From: Dudresnaya verticillata | Taxonomy: Eukaryota | Assembly (NCBI GenBank): GCA_977862235.1 | Contig: OZ374557.1 | Location: forward strand, 1,364,001 to 1,428,000 | Length of the DNA stretch: 64,000 nt | Direction: 5' to 3' | In this document: piece by piece, positions 48,501 through 60,164 of the stretch | Layout of the letters: every line of letters starts with the position of its first letter | How positions within the stretch are numbered: position 1 is the stretch's first letter | Notes under the pieces: generated by a model | What the model saw: the letters and a program-made list of their open reading frames with translations, nothing else | Told to the model about the DNA's origin: nothing | Databases searched by the model: none | Position numbers and translations under genes: made by a program

Positions 48501-49022
48501 TGGTGTCTTCTGAGTCACCTGGAAAACCTGGAAGTCTTGCCGGTTCCCTTTCTTCCATAGCATGGACCGAAACTTCTTTACCCCAAGCGAAGTGATAACT
48601 GGACCCTCTTCGCTGTCTTTCTCAATGGGTAAGTTGTCCTCATTAACGACAACCGAATGCTTGGTGTAGTCAATACGGGGTGCAGTTCGCTTATGCCACG
48701 GCATACCAAGTAGAACATCATACCGACAATCTGCCACAACGAAGTTGGAACGATACTTGTGGTTCCCTAACCTCAACTCTGCATCTGTCACGAGCTGTGT
48801 GGCCTTTTCTACAGTACCTTTCTTAGTGTTGCAGCCATCATCCTTCAATATGCGGACGGGAATAGAGTTTAGGAGCCCCTGAAATACGATAAGCTCCGCA
48901 ATCGGCACAGCCGATACTTCTGCAGACTTCCTTTGCCTGCGTTCCGTCTGCAGAGAGTGCACTCTTTTCTCAAGTCCTTCAGGAGTGTCTTTACTGTTCT
49001 GCGAAGGACTGACTAGTTTTCC
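45545..49022 (-). pseudogene. pol: Element A pol, copy 2, disrupted
   Basis: LKDDGCNT; VDYRALN; YMDD; DASQRAVG; H..GHFG..CQTC; TDFI, SDRD, HPQTDGTSE; GPF; chromodomain FEVERILAHR..W..EAEWQP. Frameshifts at ~48160 and ~47090, stop at 46796. Confidence 0.95.
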
Positions 49023-49873
49023 GAGTCACGACTGTGCTCCTCGGTATCTTCGAAAACTTCCTCTTCATCGGCCTGGAAGTTATTGGCAGCAACTCCGTCG
49101 CCTTGGTGCTTCCACGGGCGGCAACCGACTTTATGGCAAGTGAAGCACGCGTTGTTGCGATAATCTTTGAGTCGCTGACCCTCCAAGGCGCCACGTCCAC
49201 GCCCACGTCCACGACCTCTGCCGCGTCCACGTGATTCCATGTTCCCAATCTACATGGGCGTGGGGCCTTGCGAGCTCGAATCGTCGCCTGAAGGCTGCAT
49301 CTGAACGCCCCAGATTGCACTTTCCACGCGCAGTGCAATCTTTGCCGCATCCTCGAATGTGGTCACGCTTGACTTCATCACTTCCAGCCTAACATCATAT
49401 TTCAGACCGGCACTGAACTTATCCCACATTTCCCCATCAGTCATACCCGGGACAGTGAGACAGACATTGCGAAAGTCTGAGAGGTGCTTGGAGACTGACG
49501 TTGTCTGCTTTAGCTTCCTAAGCTTGTCCCTGGCGCGACGGACGTGATCATCACGCACGAACTCCGCAATTACCTTCGCCTTGAACTCGGCCCATGTAGC
49601 TGGGACGGTGTTTGCCTGAACGAGAGTGTACCACCAAACAGCAGCGGTACCAGTGAGGAAGGGAGAAGCGTAGAGAATCCTATTCCCATCGCCAAGCTGT
49701 ACTGCTGGGTTACTCAGCTGCACAAGACCAAGATACTGCTCGACCTTGTAGATCCAGGTATTGACCACGAGATAATCCCGACGGCCATCGTAGGGTTCGG
49801 GCTTGTTGGGCTTCAGATTGATCGGACCTTGAGCTGCAGCCATTGCGGGGGAGTTATCAGTGAGATCGGTCAC
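49013..49873 (-). pseudogene. gag: Element A gag, copy 2 (same in-frame TAG, 49250-49252)
   Basis: Same motifs and same stop as copy 1. Confidence 0.88.
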
Positions 49874-49889
49874 GAAGCGATGCTACCAC

Positions 49890-50332
49890 TGAAAAAAACA
49901 CCTTTTTACTCAATGGATCGATGCCCTCCGTCGCCGGAGTGAAGGCCGAGCGACGACTGATAAAGTCCTCCCTGTCTGAGCGACCCGAGGCAGGGTCGCT
50001 CAGAGACCCCAAACAAAGGGGTGAAGTCCGCCTTACATGGCTGACATCCTAAAATACAATTAAAACTGGACGGTGCGACCGCAGGAGGCGCAGATCGGCT
50101 GCACCGATCTGGCTGGAAATCCCAAATGTCGTCAGAAATAAAAACAAAACAGATAAGCGGCGGCGCGCAGCGCCGCTCCCGATGCGCTCGAACCCTACCC
50201 TCGAGCGCCACCGGAAGCAAATCGGTGCTGGCCACCCCGCCAGGGCCACTTACGTCAGCCCGGCCGCGCCGGCCAGAGTACGAGTACGTATGATAAAAGA
50301 AACACGTGGGCTCACGTGGCATGACCGTTTCA
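49890..50332 (-). repeat. 5' LTR of element A copy 2
   Basis: 443-bp direct repeat of 45068-45510. Confidence 0.95.
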
Positions 50333-52552
50333 AACCCTACAACGAAGAGTGGATCGTCGTGCGAAATAGGGCTTGTTCACGTCCATGGAATGGGGATACC
50401 GGCGGGACTGTGGGAGACCGGAAAATGAGAACAACCCAACGCACACACCGCAGCCCGCTTTTTGCGGGGTATCTTCTATCCAGGGGCCCAATAAAGACGC
50501 CGGGAGCCGGAAATGCTATCCACTCTGAGTTAGAGTTAATACTGATAGTTAGCTAGTACTGTACCCTATGCCAGCCCAAGAATAGGAAGGTGTGGTAGTA
50601 CCAAAATGAGGTATGCGCACGTCGCTACTTGGTGCGCGGTGTCAAAATACCTGCGAAATAGTATCACACCGCCAGCCATACGGCGTGGTGAGCGCTTCCA
50701 TAGCTAACCTGCTAATGGAAACCAGCTCTATCAGTCCTTGTCCGCTAATGAGTCCCACGCTTTACAGGCGTCTCGTCTACTCGTTTTTGTTTACAGTGAT
50801 CGGGCGCGCAGTATTCCACACGGCCTGGTATTAAAACTGCGCGACTCCGTTCATTACAGCGATGCTGTTCCCAGAGGTGCTGGCAGTTAGGATTTGAAAT
50901 ATCACGTGAGCGATTGGCCCAGCCAAGTTTGGTGTCCAAATTTCTAGAAGAATAATGTCAACGAAAGTTGGCGCGTGCGTCAGGTCAGCACGGCGTGAGC
51001 CGTCGGCGATGGCGCGATTTTGGCGTCGCAACTGTATCCGTTGTGCTAAGAGACGGGGTATATATTTCCACTTCGGCTCAGAGCCGACTGTATTGCTTCC
51101 AGTGATCGCTCGCTTTGCCGGCGTACCGCTTCAGCATTTCAGATCGAGGTACTCCTTTCTGAAGACCGGCTTTGGACCCGACGTAATATTCCAGAAAGGT
51201 CTCCGTACCCAAGAGTATGTTCAGGTAGCGCTTGCCACCTTTGGGGTCGGCTCTGGAGCCGCTTTTCTCACATAATATCAGGCCCCTGAGCCTTAGAAGA
51301 AACGATTTGGGCTCAAGAACCACTTTTGAGCAAGGCGTTCCACTACGTTTCGCGACATCGTCCTTACACCATCTGTTTGGATGAGTAATCCGGTTCTCGC
51401 TTATAAGGCTGGCTCTAATTTCAGCATCCTCGGGTATGAGGGTGACTAGGCGGGGTGCCGTTTGCCACTAAGTGCAGTCGTGATTTGCCCGTCTGTTCCT
51501 ACGTTTCTCATACCAAACCCCGCGCTGAGGCTGGTCGTGATGACATCCAATGATGTGGGGAGGCGTGGCACAGAGCCGCATGTAGAACAGCATGAGCCAT
51601 ACCCGAGATGATATGCTCACCGGAACGAATCGGCTCACCTCTGTTATTCCGGGTGGGGCGTCGTGCTATCTTTGGGATCTTGTGTACGCACGATTCAGGC
51701 ATGAGGTGTTCTTCATGAACAGTGTGAGTGGGAACCTGAACTATGAGCTGGGCATGTTACGGTAAATATATTTTAGTGGAAAGAGGGACCTCGACATGGT
51801 CAACCACGCCCGTCCCCTGATTCGGAAGGGCCCGGACAACTAGCCATACGCGTTAGTCCGTGTGGTCCGCTCGGACGAGTAAACGAACCTCAAGTATGCG
51901 CTTGCAATGCGCTCGACAATCCCCAGACTGCCAAACCGTTAGCGTGTGTTCGCTTCGAGCGACGTCAGCGTCACAATACTGAGTTTCTTATTCCTTTCCA
52001 GTGCCAAGAAGTGGTTTCCATTAAACCAGAGTATTAGAGATCGAATTACAATTAGGTCCCTGTCGAACATGTGACTATGAAATTTCCTACGCCATACCGG
52101 TGGGAACACCCACTATTGCGTCTTACTTTAGATCGAACATGATGGATAGCGCAAGCCATGGATGCGTGCGTCTTTTGGATTCTTCTCGTCACGTGTGGAT
52201 ATTTTTAGTTTCCTAGACTCTCATCTATGAGGGGCGTCATGGCCTGCTCTACTTCATCTATCAGCCACCCCGTACAGCTGCGAAGAAGCTGGGTGTCGAG
52301 AATCTGTCGTCGGATGCCAAATATTCGAAGGTCTTGGAAGCCCCACTGGTATGCATAGACTGCATGTACTAGACTCGAGTCTCCAAGAGGAATCGGCGTC
52401 TCGCTGCAAATAACGGTCATCGCACTGCAGTGTATAAATTGGGTAGACTTTGACCCAGAGGATAGGCATCCGTTGTTGCCGGATTTCCTTATTCAGCCAG
52501 AGTCGACGACAGAAAGACCGCTGGTCTTCGATGAAGGTAACCGCATTACTGG

Positions 52553-53244
52553 TGTGGTAGTATGGCGCGACGAGCCAGTAGCCCGCTAAACGGCAAGGAC
52601 AGCTGTCCCGTGCGCGCACACACCCTAGCGACGGCAGCTCAATGGGGAGTTGGTAGAGACTTGAGGGAAAAGGGGAAAAGGCTAGCGTGCCTGAAAGAAA
52701 GGGAAAAAAGGGGCGGCGCCACCCTAACACTCGTAGAGTACAAAGCCGTACGAGGCTAAAGCTTGTAAAGCACCTGGAAGGGGGAGTACGGTGAGCCCGT
52801 GTAGACCAAAGAAAGGGTACAGACCCGAAACCCACCGTAGGGTTCTATTCAGCAGACCCTTACTAGTCAGGGGCGCAATAAATATGGCGAAGGCCGAAAG
52901 CGCCTTCGCCGCTATCCCTATTCTAAGCTATTGAAGTTAGCGTTAACAAATACAATGAGGTAGTGAGCGGTCGTACTCCGCCCTGCGCACGTAAGGTGCT
53001 TATGACTCGGGCGCGCTCCTACGCGTAAGGCCATGGTAAATCAGTCAATCACGGCTAGCCATCTCATTGGCGTCATGCTGTTCCCAGCAATGCCATACAG
53101 AGTGGCCAGCAATGCATTTAGGCCTTACAGCACACCAGCACGTGCAGCGCCTTACAGGCGCATGCCACGCGCAATATTACCCGCGCATTACAGGCCCAAA
53201 ACACGTGTACGTGCTTACAGCCGCTGTCGGTTCATTGTACCACA
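52553..53244 (-). repeat. 3' LTR of element B copy 2
   Basis: Duplicate of 4685-5376. Confidence 0.88.
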
Positions 53245-55690
53245 CGGCTCCCTCTCTAAAGCTGAGAGACCCGCGAAGCCAGCAAGGCTGTTTCCATTGG
53301 CTCTGTCGGTGCGGACGCGTTGTGGACGTCCCAAACGGCCTGTTGAGGGCGGGTGTAACCGCCACCAAAACGTCTGTCCCGGCGTCGGGCTTCTCGTCTC
53401 GACGGGCATTCAGTATCGCTTTCGCGTGAAAGCCTTGACCGGCTGGTTGAAATTATCGCGTGTCGGCACGTTTCCATTTCTCGATTTGCCCGTTTCGGCA
53501 TAACGCTCCGTGTTTCTGGCTATATCCCGCACTCGGGACGTAGATTTCAAAGCCGAAGTGACTATAAGGACGACGACCTGTGACGAACAGCCAAACCAAT
53601 CTCCAGGGTGAAGGTGTGACCCTCTCAGGTATCCGAACGAGGATTCACGTACACTTAAATTGTGTGCAGGCCGGAGTAGTCAACGGCGTTATTGACTTTT
53701 TCTTTGTTTTCGTTCAGAACTCCGGAACAAAACGTAGGGTGATACCCATCGGGTGTCAAAATGAATCTGAGGTTTGCATGGAGCAATCGGTCCACAATTT
53801 GGCCCACTCGGCCCACCTGGTCCACTGATGGTCCAGTCGGACCGGACCGCTGTAATACAGGCTTACAGTAGCCCCGGGTACCGGATCTTGATTCGGGGCG
53901 CTCCGGGATCCGGATCAGGCTCAACAGCCGAGGCCGCCGAGGATGGCTGCGTAAGTCGCGCTCCTGACCACACCTGGTCTCGATTGCCCACAGCGTCGAG
54001 GTGTTATTGCCGAGGGGGCGTTATGTCAGCATGGGCGGCTCCTCCGCTTGGCAGTTCTTCCGCAACCAAGCCTATCGAGGCGAAAGGGGGAGGTGTTGTA
54101 CCCCCAGAGGCGGCAGTCGAGCCGGCGACGTCTGCTCCGACGACTTCTGAAGTCATCACGAAGACCGAACTCCTTCTCAAGGACTGAGAAGAAATCGAGC
54201 CCAGGGAGGGCGAGGGGGAGCGAGACGGTGCGCCGATGGACATCGAGGGACAGGGTTTTGGCCGCGATGGCTCAGCCAGTGAAGGCTTCGGCGGACGTCG
54301 GGGTCGCGGCCCTCGTCGTGGGCGTGGGGCTTGAGTAGTGCGCGAAGTGCGTCGTGGCACGACAGCTCGGGCGACGTCTGGTCCCAATCCTCCGCTCGAG
54401 GAGAACGAGGTCATTGACCTACTTTCTGACTAGCGCGTCGCGCACTAGCCCCAGGCTTATTGCCTTACACTTGTGAGCGGCTGGTCCGCTAAATAAACCC
54501 GTCTGGTATACTTAGACTCACGGCCTTTGGTAGGCGGTACGCGCCTGTGCGGCATGATAGTACTCCCACTCTGGAACTTAGCGGATTTGCATCGCTGTGG
54601 TTCAGCGCCAGAATAGTGGCAGTGGGTGCTTTGAGCTCGCGGGCTGTGTGGCACCACGAGCCGTGGGACAACCCCTTATTGGGTGATCATTCCGCCTCCC
54701 TGGTGCCACTCGTGGGGTGAGACGGTGCCAGCAATGCGCTACCGCGTGCTACAGTGGCTTCGAAGAACACTGTAGCCGAAGCGGTGAGACGCTGATTTAG
54801 AGACTCCCCATTGGAGCCCCATTCCGCCTCCCTGGCTGTGGTGACCTATCAGCGGCAGTTGTTCAGCTCTACAGTAGCGAGTGGCAGTACTGTAGCGCTT
54901 TTTGGCGCGAAGCGAGCGCCTCGCAGGCTAGTCGCGCTGTTGAGCGTGGTTACGTGGCCTTGGTTTCCCCCGATGCTCCAGGGGTTATTGCCAAGGAGGC
55001 TTCCCTCGACGAGGACACCATATCTTAGAGGCTCTTCGCGCCTGCTTCGGTATTCCTGTCGTGGCCGTAATGGACGCTCAAAGGGTTGGCCCTATTTCAG
55101 TCTGTAATGCCCCGTCGGGGGCGCGAAAGTGTGCACGCATGCGTCATACTCGCGAGCAGCGTCACCGAGGTTGGACTTCGACGAAGTTGGTCAACTTATA
55201 GCGGGGCTCGCCCCGGGCGTAGGCCCTCACTCAGGATCTAAATCCTCATGTTCCTCATACGAGCAACGTTCATGGTTCGCCTCTATCCAGGTAGCTGTAC
55301 AGCTCATCTATCCAGAATCTCGATTCTTGAATCATCTATCCATTTCCACATCTATCCATGTAGCTATACAGCTCATCTATCCAGAATCTCGATTCTTGAA
55401 TCATCTATCCATTTCCAGAGTCTTGACTCTTCTATTTCCATCTATACAGTTTGTTGTTAGTCAGCTCATCAGCTTAAAAGGGGGAATGGTCATTCCCATT
55501 TCCTATTGTTATACACAGGCCCATTGGCCGTTCTTGTTATCGCTACTGCAGAGCGTAGTGCTCGTCATCCACAATGGGTTAACCTCGTTAGGCGCTTATT
55601 CGCAACTCCCACCTGCGTTTGCAGGGCCAGATCTAGCCTCTTTTCGGCGAATTTGCTCTTCTTGAGCGATGACCTAGCGTGAGACGCTTA

Positions 55691-58600
55691 TTACGGGAGA
55701 GCGACCCCTTTGCCTCGATGGTATCTTGCCACCAAGTTATGAGGAAGATGTTCCTTGGGGTCCCAGGTGTCTTCGAAGGCTGGGAGCTGAAACCACCGAA
55801 CACGGTAGAGGCTTCGATCGGCGCCGTAAGACACAATGCGGTCGTAAACTCGCTCGCGCGGCGGCGCTTTCTTAAAACGAGAAAACTTCCGCGGGGAAGA
55901 GGGGTCGTTCCGCATTGTCGCCGAAGTGTTGGGCGCGGCGGTTCCAGGATCGCGATCCGGATCGGGAGGGGCCGCAGCCACTGTCTCTTCGGGACTTGGT
56001 ATGGATGTCCCATCAGCAGGCGGCACCGCGAGAGTCGGATTATCCGTAATATCGGTAACTCCCTGTCTCTCGGGGGTGTGAGGATCGCTATCCGCATTTG
56101 CGCCTTGTGGCGTGAGGTCCACTACTGAAGGGTCTTGACCCTGCGCGCTTGGTTCTTCATGCGGCGAGGGGGCCAAGGTAACCCGGTCCAGAGATATCGT
56201 CTCTCTATCTCCTTTGATGTCTAGAACGACAACGTGCGTTCCACGTTCTAGAACCTTATACGGCCCGAGAGCCTTAGGGAACAACTTCCCTTCGCGGGCC
56301 ACACCGGAAGCGTCCTTCACCTTCGTTTCCCTCTCTAGGAAAACCCAAGACCCAGGTCTCACTTTCTGGTTAGCCGGTCCAATCCGATTATTGAAATTAG
56401 TTTCATAGCGCCGTTGCGCTAACTTCATCCGCGGCAAGGCCGTATCCATCAGCTTCTCTAAACGTAGAGTCAGCCGCTTCTTAACGTTAGTCGCCGGCAC
56501 GTGGTCGACGTCCACTGTCTCTGCTTGTTCTATTAAGATGGATGTCGGGGGGTTAGATAACACCAGATCGAAGGGCGCCAGGCCTGTAGCCCGATGTACA
56601 GTAGCGTATTGAACGCAGAGGTAAACTCGTCCCAGTCTTTCTGATCTTCGGCGATGAAGTGTCGCAAACCCGCTAGGAGGGTACGATTAAATCGTTCTGT
56701 CTGACCGTTCGTCTGCGGATGATAGATTGACGTAAACATATTCCTAATTCGAAGGATGTCGCACACCGCGAGGAAGAACTTGGACGCGAATTGCGTGCCA
56801 TTGTCCGAAAAGACGTCACGGGGTGGGCCGTATATGAAAACCCAATGCTCGCAGAAAGCCTTGGCCACCGTATAGGTTGTCACTGTCTTTAGCGGTATCG
56901 CCCGCGTGAGCTTTGAGAATCTGTCAGTCATGACTAGGAGGAACTCGTCCCCTTTGCCTGAATGGGGCAGGGGACCAAGGATGTCGATCCCTATGAATTC
57001 CAAGGGCAACGTTGTCGGGAATAAATTCATGCGGGAAGTGTGTTTTCGAAGTTGGACGCGCTCTTGAGCGCACTTGACGCAATTCCTTACTGTCGCGTAC
57101 ACGTCCAGAGACATCGCAGGCCAATATACCTGTCGTCGAAGGTTGTGATACATCCTGGTGCCACCAGGGTGGCCGGCCAACTCCGGGTAGTGCGCTAGGT
57201 GTAGAACCTTTTCTTTCAGTGATCTAGGTACGAGTACCTGTAGCGCATGGTCTACGTACGACTTGCGCACAAGGAGTCCTCTCCTATTCTCGAGATATCA
57301 ACCATGTTTACCCGTCTCGAGGTTTCCCCGCACCCAGATGCAGAAGTCGTCTGATTTTTGCTCTCGGAGCAGCTCCTCCACTGTTATGAGGGAGAGACCC
57401 TTCTGTGGTGATTCCTTGTCGGCCACCTGAGCTATTAGCTGTTCGTCATCTGAAGGGTCGCCGTCCCGAGGTTCGCCTTCCCAAACCTCTAAGGGTTGGG
57501 GTGGTGCACCCGTTCGCGGTTTCCGCGTTGGCGACCGTTCGTCGCAGGCGTCCCTTCGATCGTCTTCGATTACAAAACAGGGGATCTCGATGTCCGGTTC
57601 CCACTGGGTAAAGCCGTAGGTTGGCAGCCGAGAGACGGCATCTGATCTGATTCTTCTTTCCTTTTCGGTATTGTACCGTGAAATCATATTCCAACAGGCG
57701 TAGCCTCCAACGGGTCAGTCTCCCTGAAGCATCAGTCATGCTCATAATCCATTTTAAAGCTTGTTGATCCGTATACAGGTCGAAATGGGACCGCTCCAAA
57801 TATGGACGAAGCATCCGCGTTGCCCAGACCACTGCTAGGCATTCTTTCTCGCCTACCTAGTAGTTCTTTTTCGCCTTCGTTAGGCTGCGGCTCCAAAACC
57901 CTATCGGATGTCGGGTGCCATCTTCTTCCATTTGCATCAATGCCCACCCGATTTGGTAATCACAGGCGTCCGTGTCGACGGAGAGAGCCTTACCTTCTTG
58001 AGGGAGCCGCAGTATCGGCGGAGCGACTAACGCTTTCTTGAGAAGTTCAAACGCTTCTCGCTGACGTTCGTCGAACGTTGGCAACTCGAAGCCCTGATCC
58101 TTTTGTAGGAGTGTATTAGGCGGGGCCGCCACGCGCGCGAAGTTAGGCACGAAACGCCTGTACACATTACAGATTCCAATAAATGACCGTAACTGGGTCT
58201 GAGTCTTCGGCTCCTTAAACCCTTCGACGGCTTGGGTATTCTTGGTTGCCACTTCTAGCAATCCTGGGCGGATCACGTGCCCTAAGTAATCAACACTCTT
58301 CGTGAAGAAGTTGCACTTCTTTAGTTTCAGCGAAACTCCTGCTTCTTGAAGTACTTCTAGAATGTCCTTCACGTGTTTGAGGTGTTCGTCGACCGTCGTC
58401 GAGAATATAATGATGTCGTCCAAATAGACTAAACAGGTTTTCCACCTGAATCCGGAGAGTAGGATATCAACCGTACGTTGAAAGGTCGCGGGAGCGTTAC
58501 AGAGCCCGAAGGGCATTTTGCAAAACTGGAATCATCCGGCATGGCAAGTGAAAGCCGTTTTGTGCTTGTCATCTTCCTCGACTGGAATTTGCCAATACCC

Positions 58601-60164
58601 GGAATTACAATCCAAGGTTGTAAAGTATTGGGCGTTTCCCAGCGAGTCCAGACACTCGTCCATCCGCGGGAGAGGATAAGTTTCTTTCACTGTGATAGCG
58701 TTGGGCTTGCGGTAATCGACGCAGAAACGTAGGGACCCATCGGGTTTCTTGACCAGAACTACGGGGCTTGCGAACTCCGTGCGAGCAGGCTCGATGACGC
58801 CTTCTTTTAGCGTCTTGTCTACTTCGTCTTGTTCGACTGGTCTAGCTTTCGGGCCCGACCGATAGGGTTGCGAGAATACAGGTTTCGAACCTTCTTGTAG
58901 TTCAATGCGGTGCTTCGTCATCTTGATTGTTCCCAGCTGGCCGTCCCACATACCGGCGAACGGTCGGAGCATTTTTCGTATTCGACGACGGTCCGGCTCG
59001 GACAGGTGCTCCAGTGCCAAGTCATCGACTGACATGGGAGGCGATGTAGAGGTTGCTGTTTTAATTCCAGGTTTTACGCCTTCGCTACCAAGAGCAGCAG
59101 CGAGTCCCGCCCCCCCACATCGGGGAACGTGTCCGGTTGAGGACTGGACACGGAGGTGTCAGGATTGAGGCCAGGATCAGATTCCTTGATGGAAACAGCG
59201 TACACCGGCGTCCGGGTGGGCGCCGGTGCAGCCTTCCCGAGGCTTTGATTCTTCTGAAGCTGCTGCATGTGCGGCGGGAAGTTCGCAACCTTCACGTGGA
59301 AGAGCCGATTCGATTGTAGATCGACGATACCGTTGGTCACGACCACGTGTTGACGGTCATATAACTGTGGAAATGATTCTAGGAAGTGCGTTTCTTGGGC
59401 CGAGCAGGTCACGGTGACCCATGTCTCACTGCCCGGCGGTAAGTTAGTGCATGCGGCGACGCCTATTAGTCGCCAGGTAGTTAAAGGAGGGACATCCATT
59501 GGTTCTGAGGGTGGACCTTCACGGGGTATGCCGCAACGGCGCCTTAGGATAGGGTTATCGACCCGTCTCGGAGAACGATGTTCTGTTTCCGAACACGTAG
59601 ACCCTCGACGTGGGTATCGATAAACGTGCATCCCAGGATGGCGTCCACTGCAAGTGCTTTGACGACAACAAAAGGTTGTCGAACCGTGTATGAGCCCACG
59701 AGTACAACCAGCGAGATGGTTCCCAGTGTAGTTAGTCTATGACTTGACGCAGACGTCAAGTTGACGATCGACCTGTTCGTCGAGATGCGCTTCTTTTCTT
59801 CCGGAGAAAGAACTTCCGCCCGGATCAGATTAGGGCCAGCCCCTGTATCCAATACGGATAGTACTCGAGTGAGTTTGTCCACAGAAGTCCCGACGGACGC
59901 AGCAACTTTATAGTTGTAGCATGACAAGCAACAGACTGGGTCCTTACAATACTCTTCATACGTACGCCCACGGGGTAAGCCCATGGGGCGGATTAAGATG
60001 TTCTTCGGAACAGAAGCGACATTCTCACGTGAAATCGGTCGATTCGTGGAGAAGCTGTCGAAGCTTGTGCTAGTGAAGCTGCGTTCAGCGAATCGATCTG
60101 GAGGTTCCGATGTAACCTGAGTGATCGGGTCAACCGAAACCGGTTCCCCCCTCTCTAGTTTTTC
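55691..60164 (-). pseudogene. pol: Element B pol, copy 2 (same lesions as copy 1)
   Basis: ORF translations are identical to those of 7824-12297. Confidence 0.95.

Larger units (their letters stand above)
45068..50332 (-). mobile_element. Ty3/gypsy chromodomain element A, copy 2, full length (5265 bp) with a 5-bp TSD AACCC
   Basis: LTRs 45068-45510 and 49890-50332. TSD at 45063-45067 and 50333-50337. PPT at 45511-45530. PBS-like TGGTAGCA at 49881-49888 (minus). Confidence 0.97.
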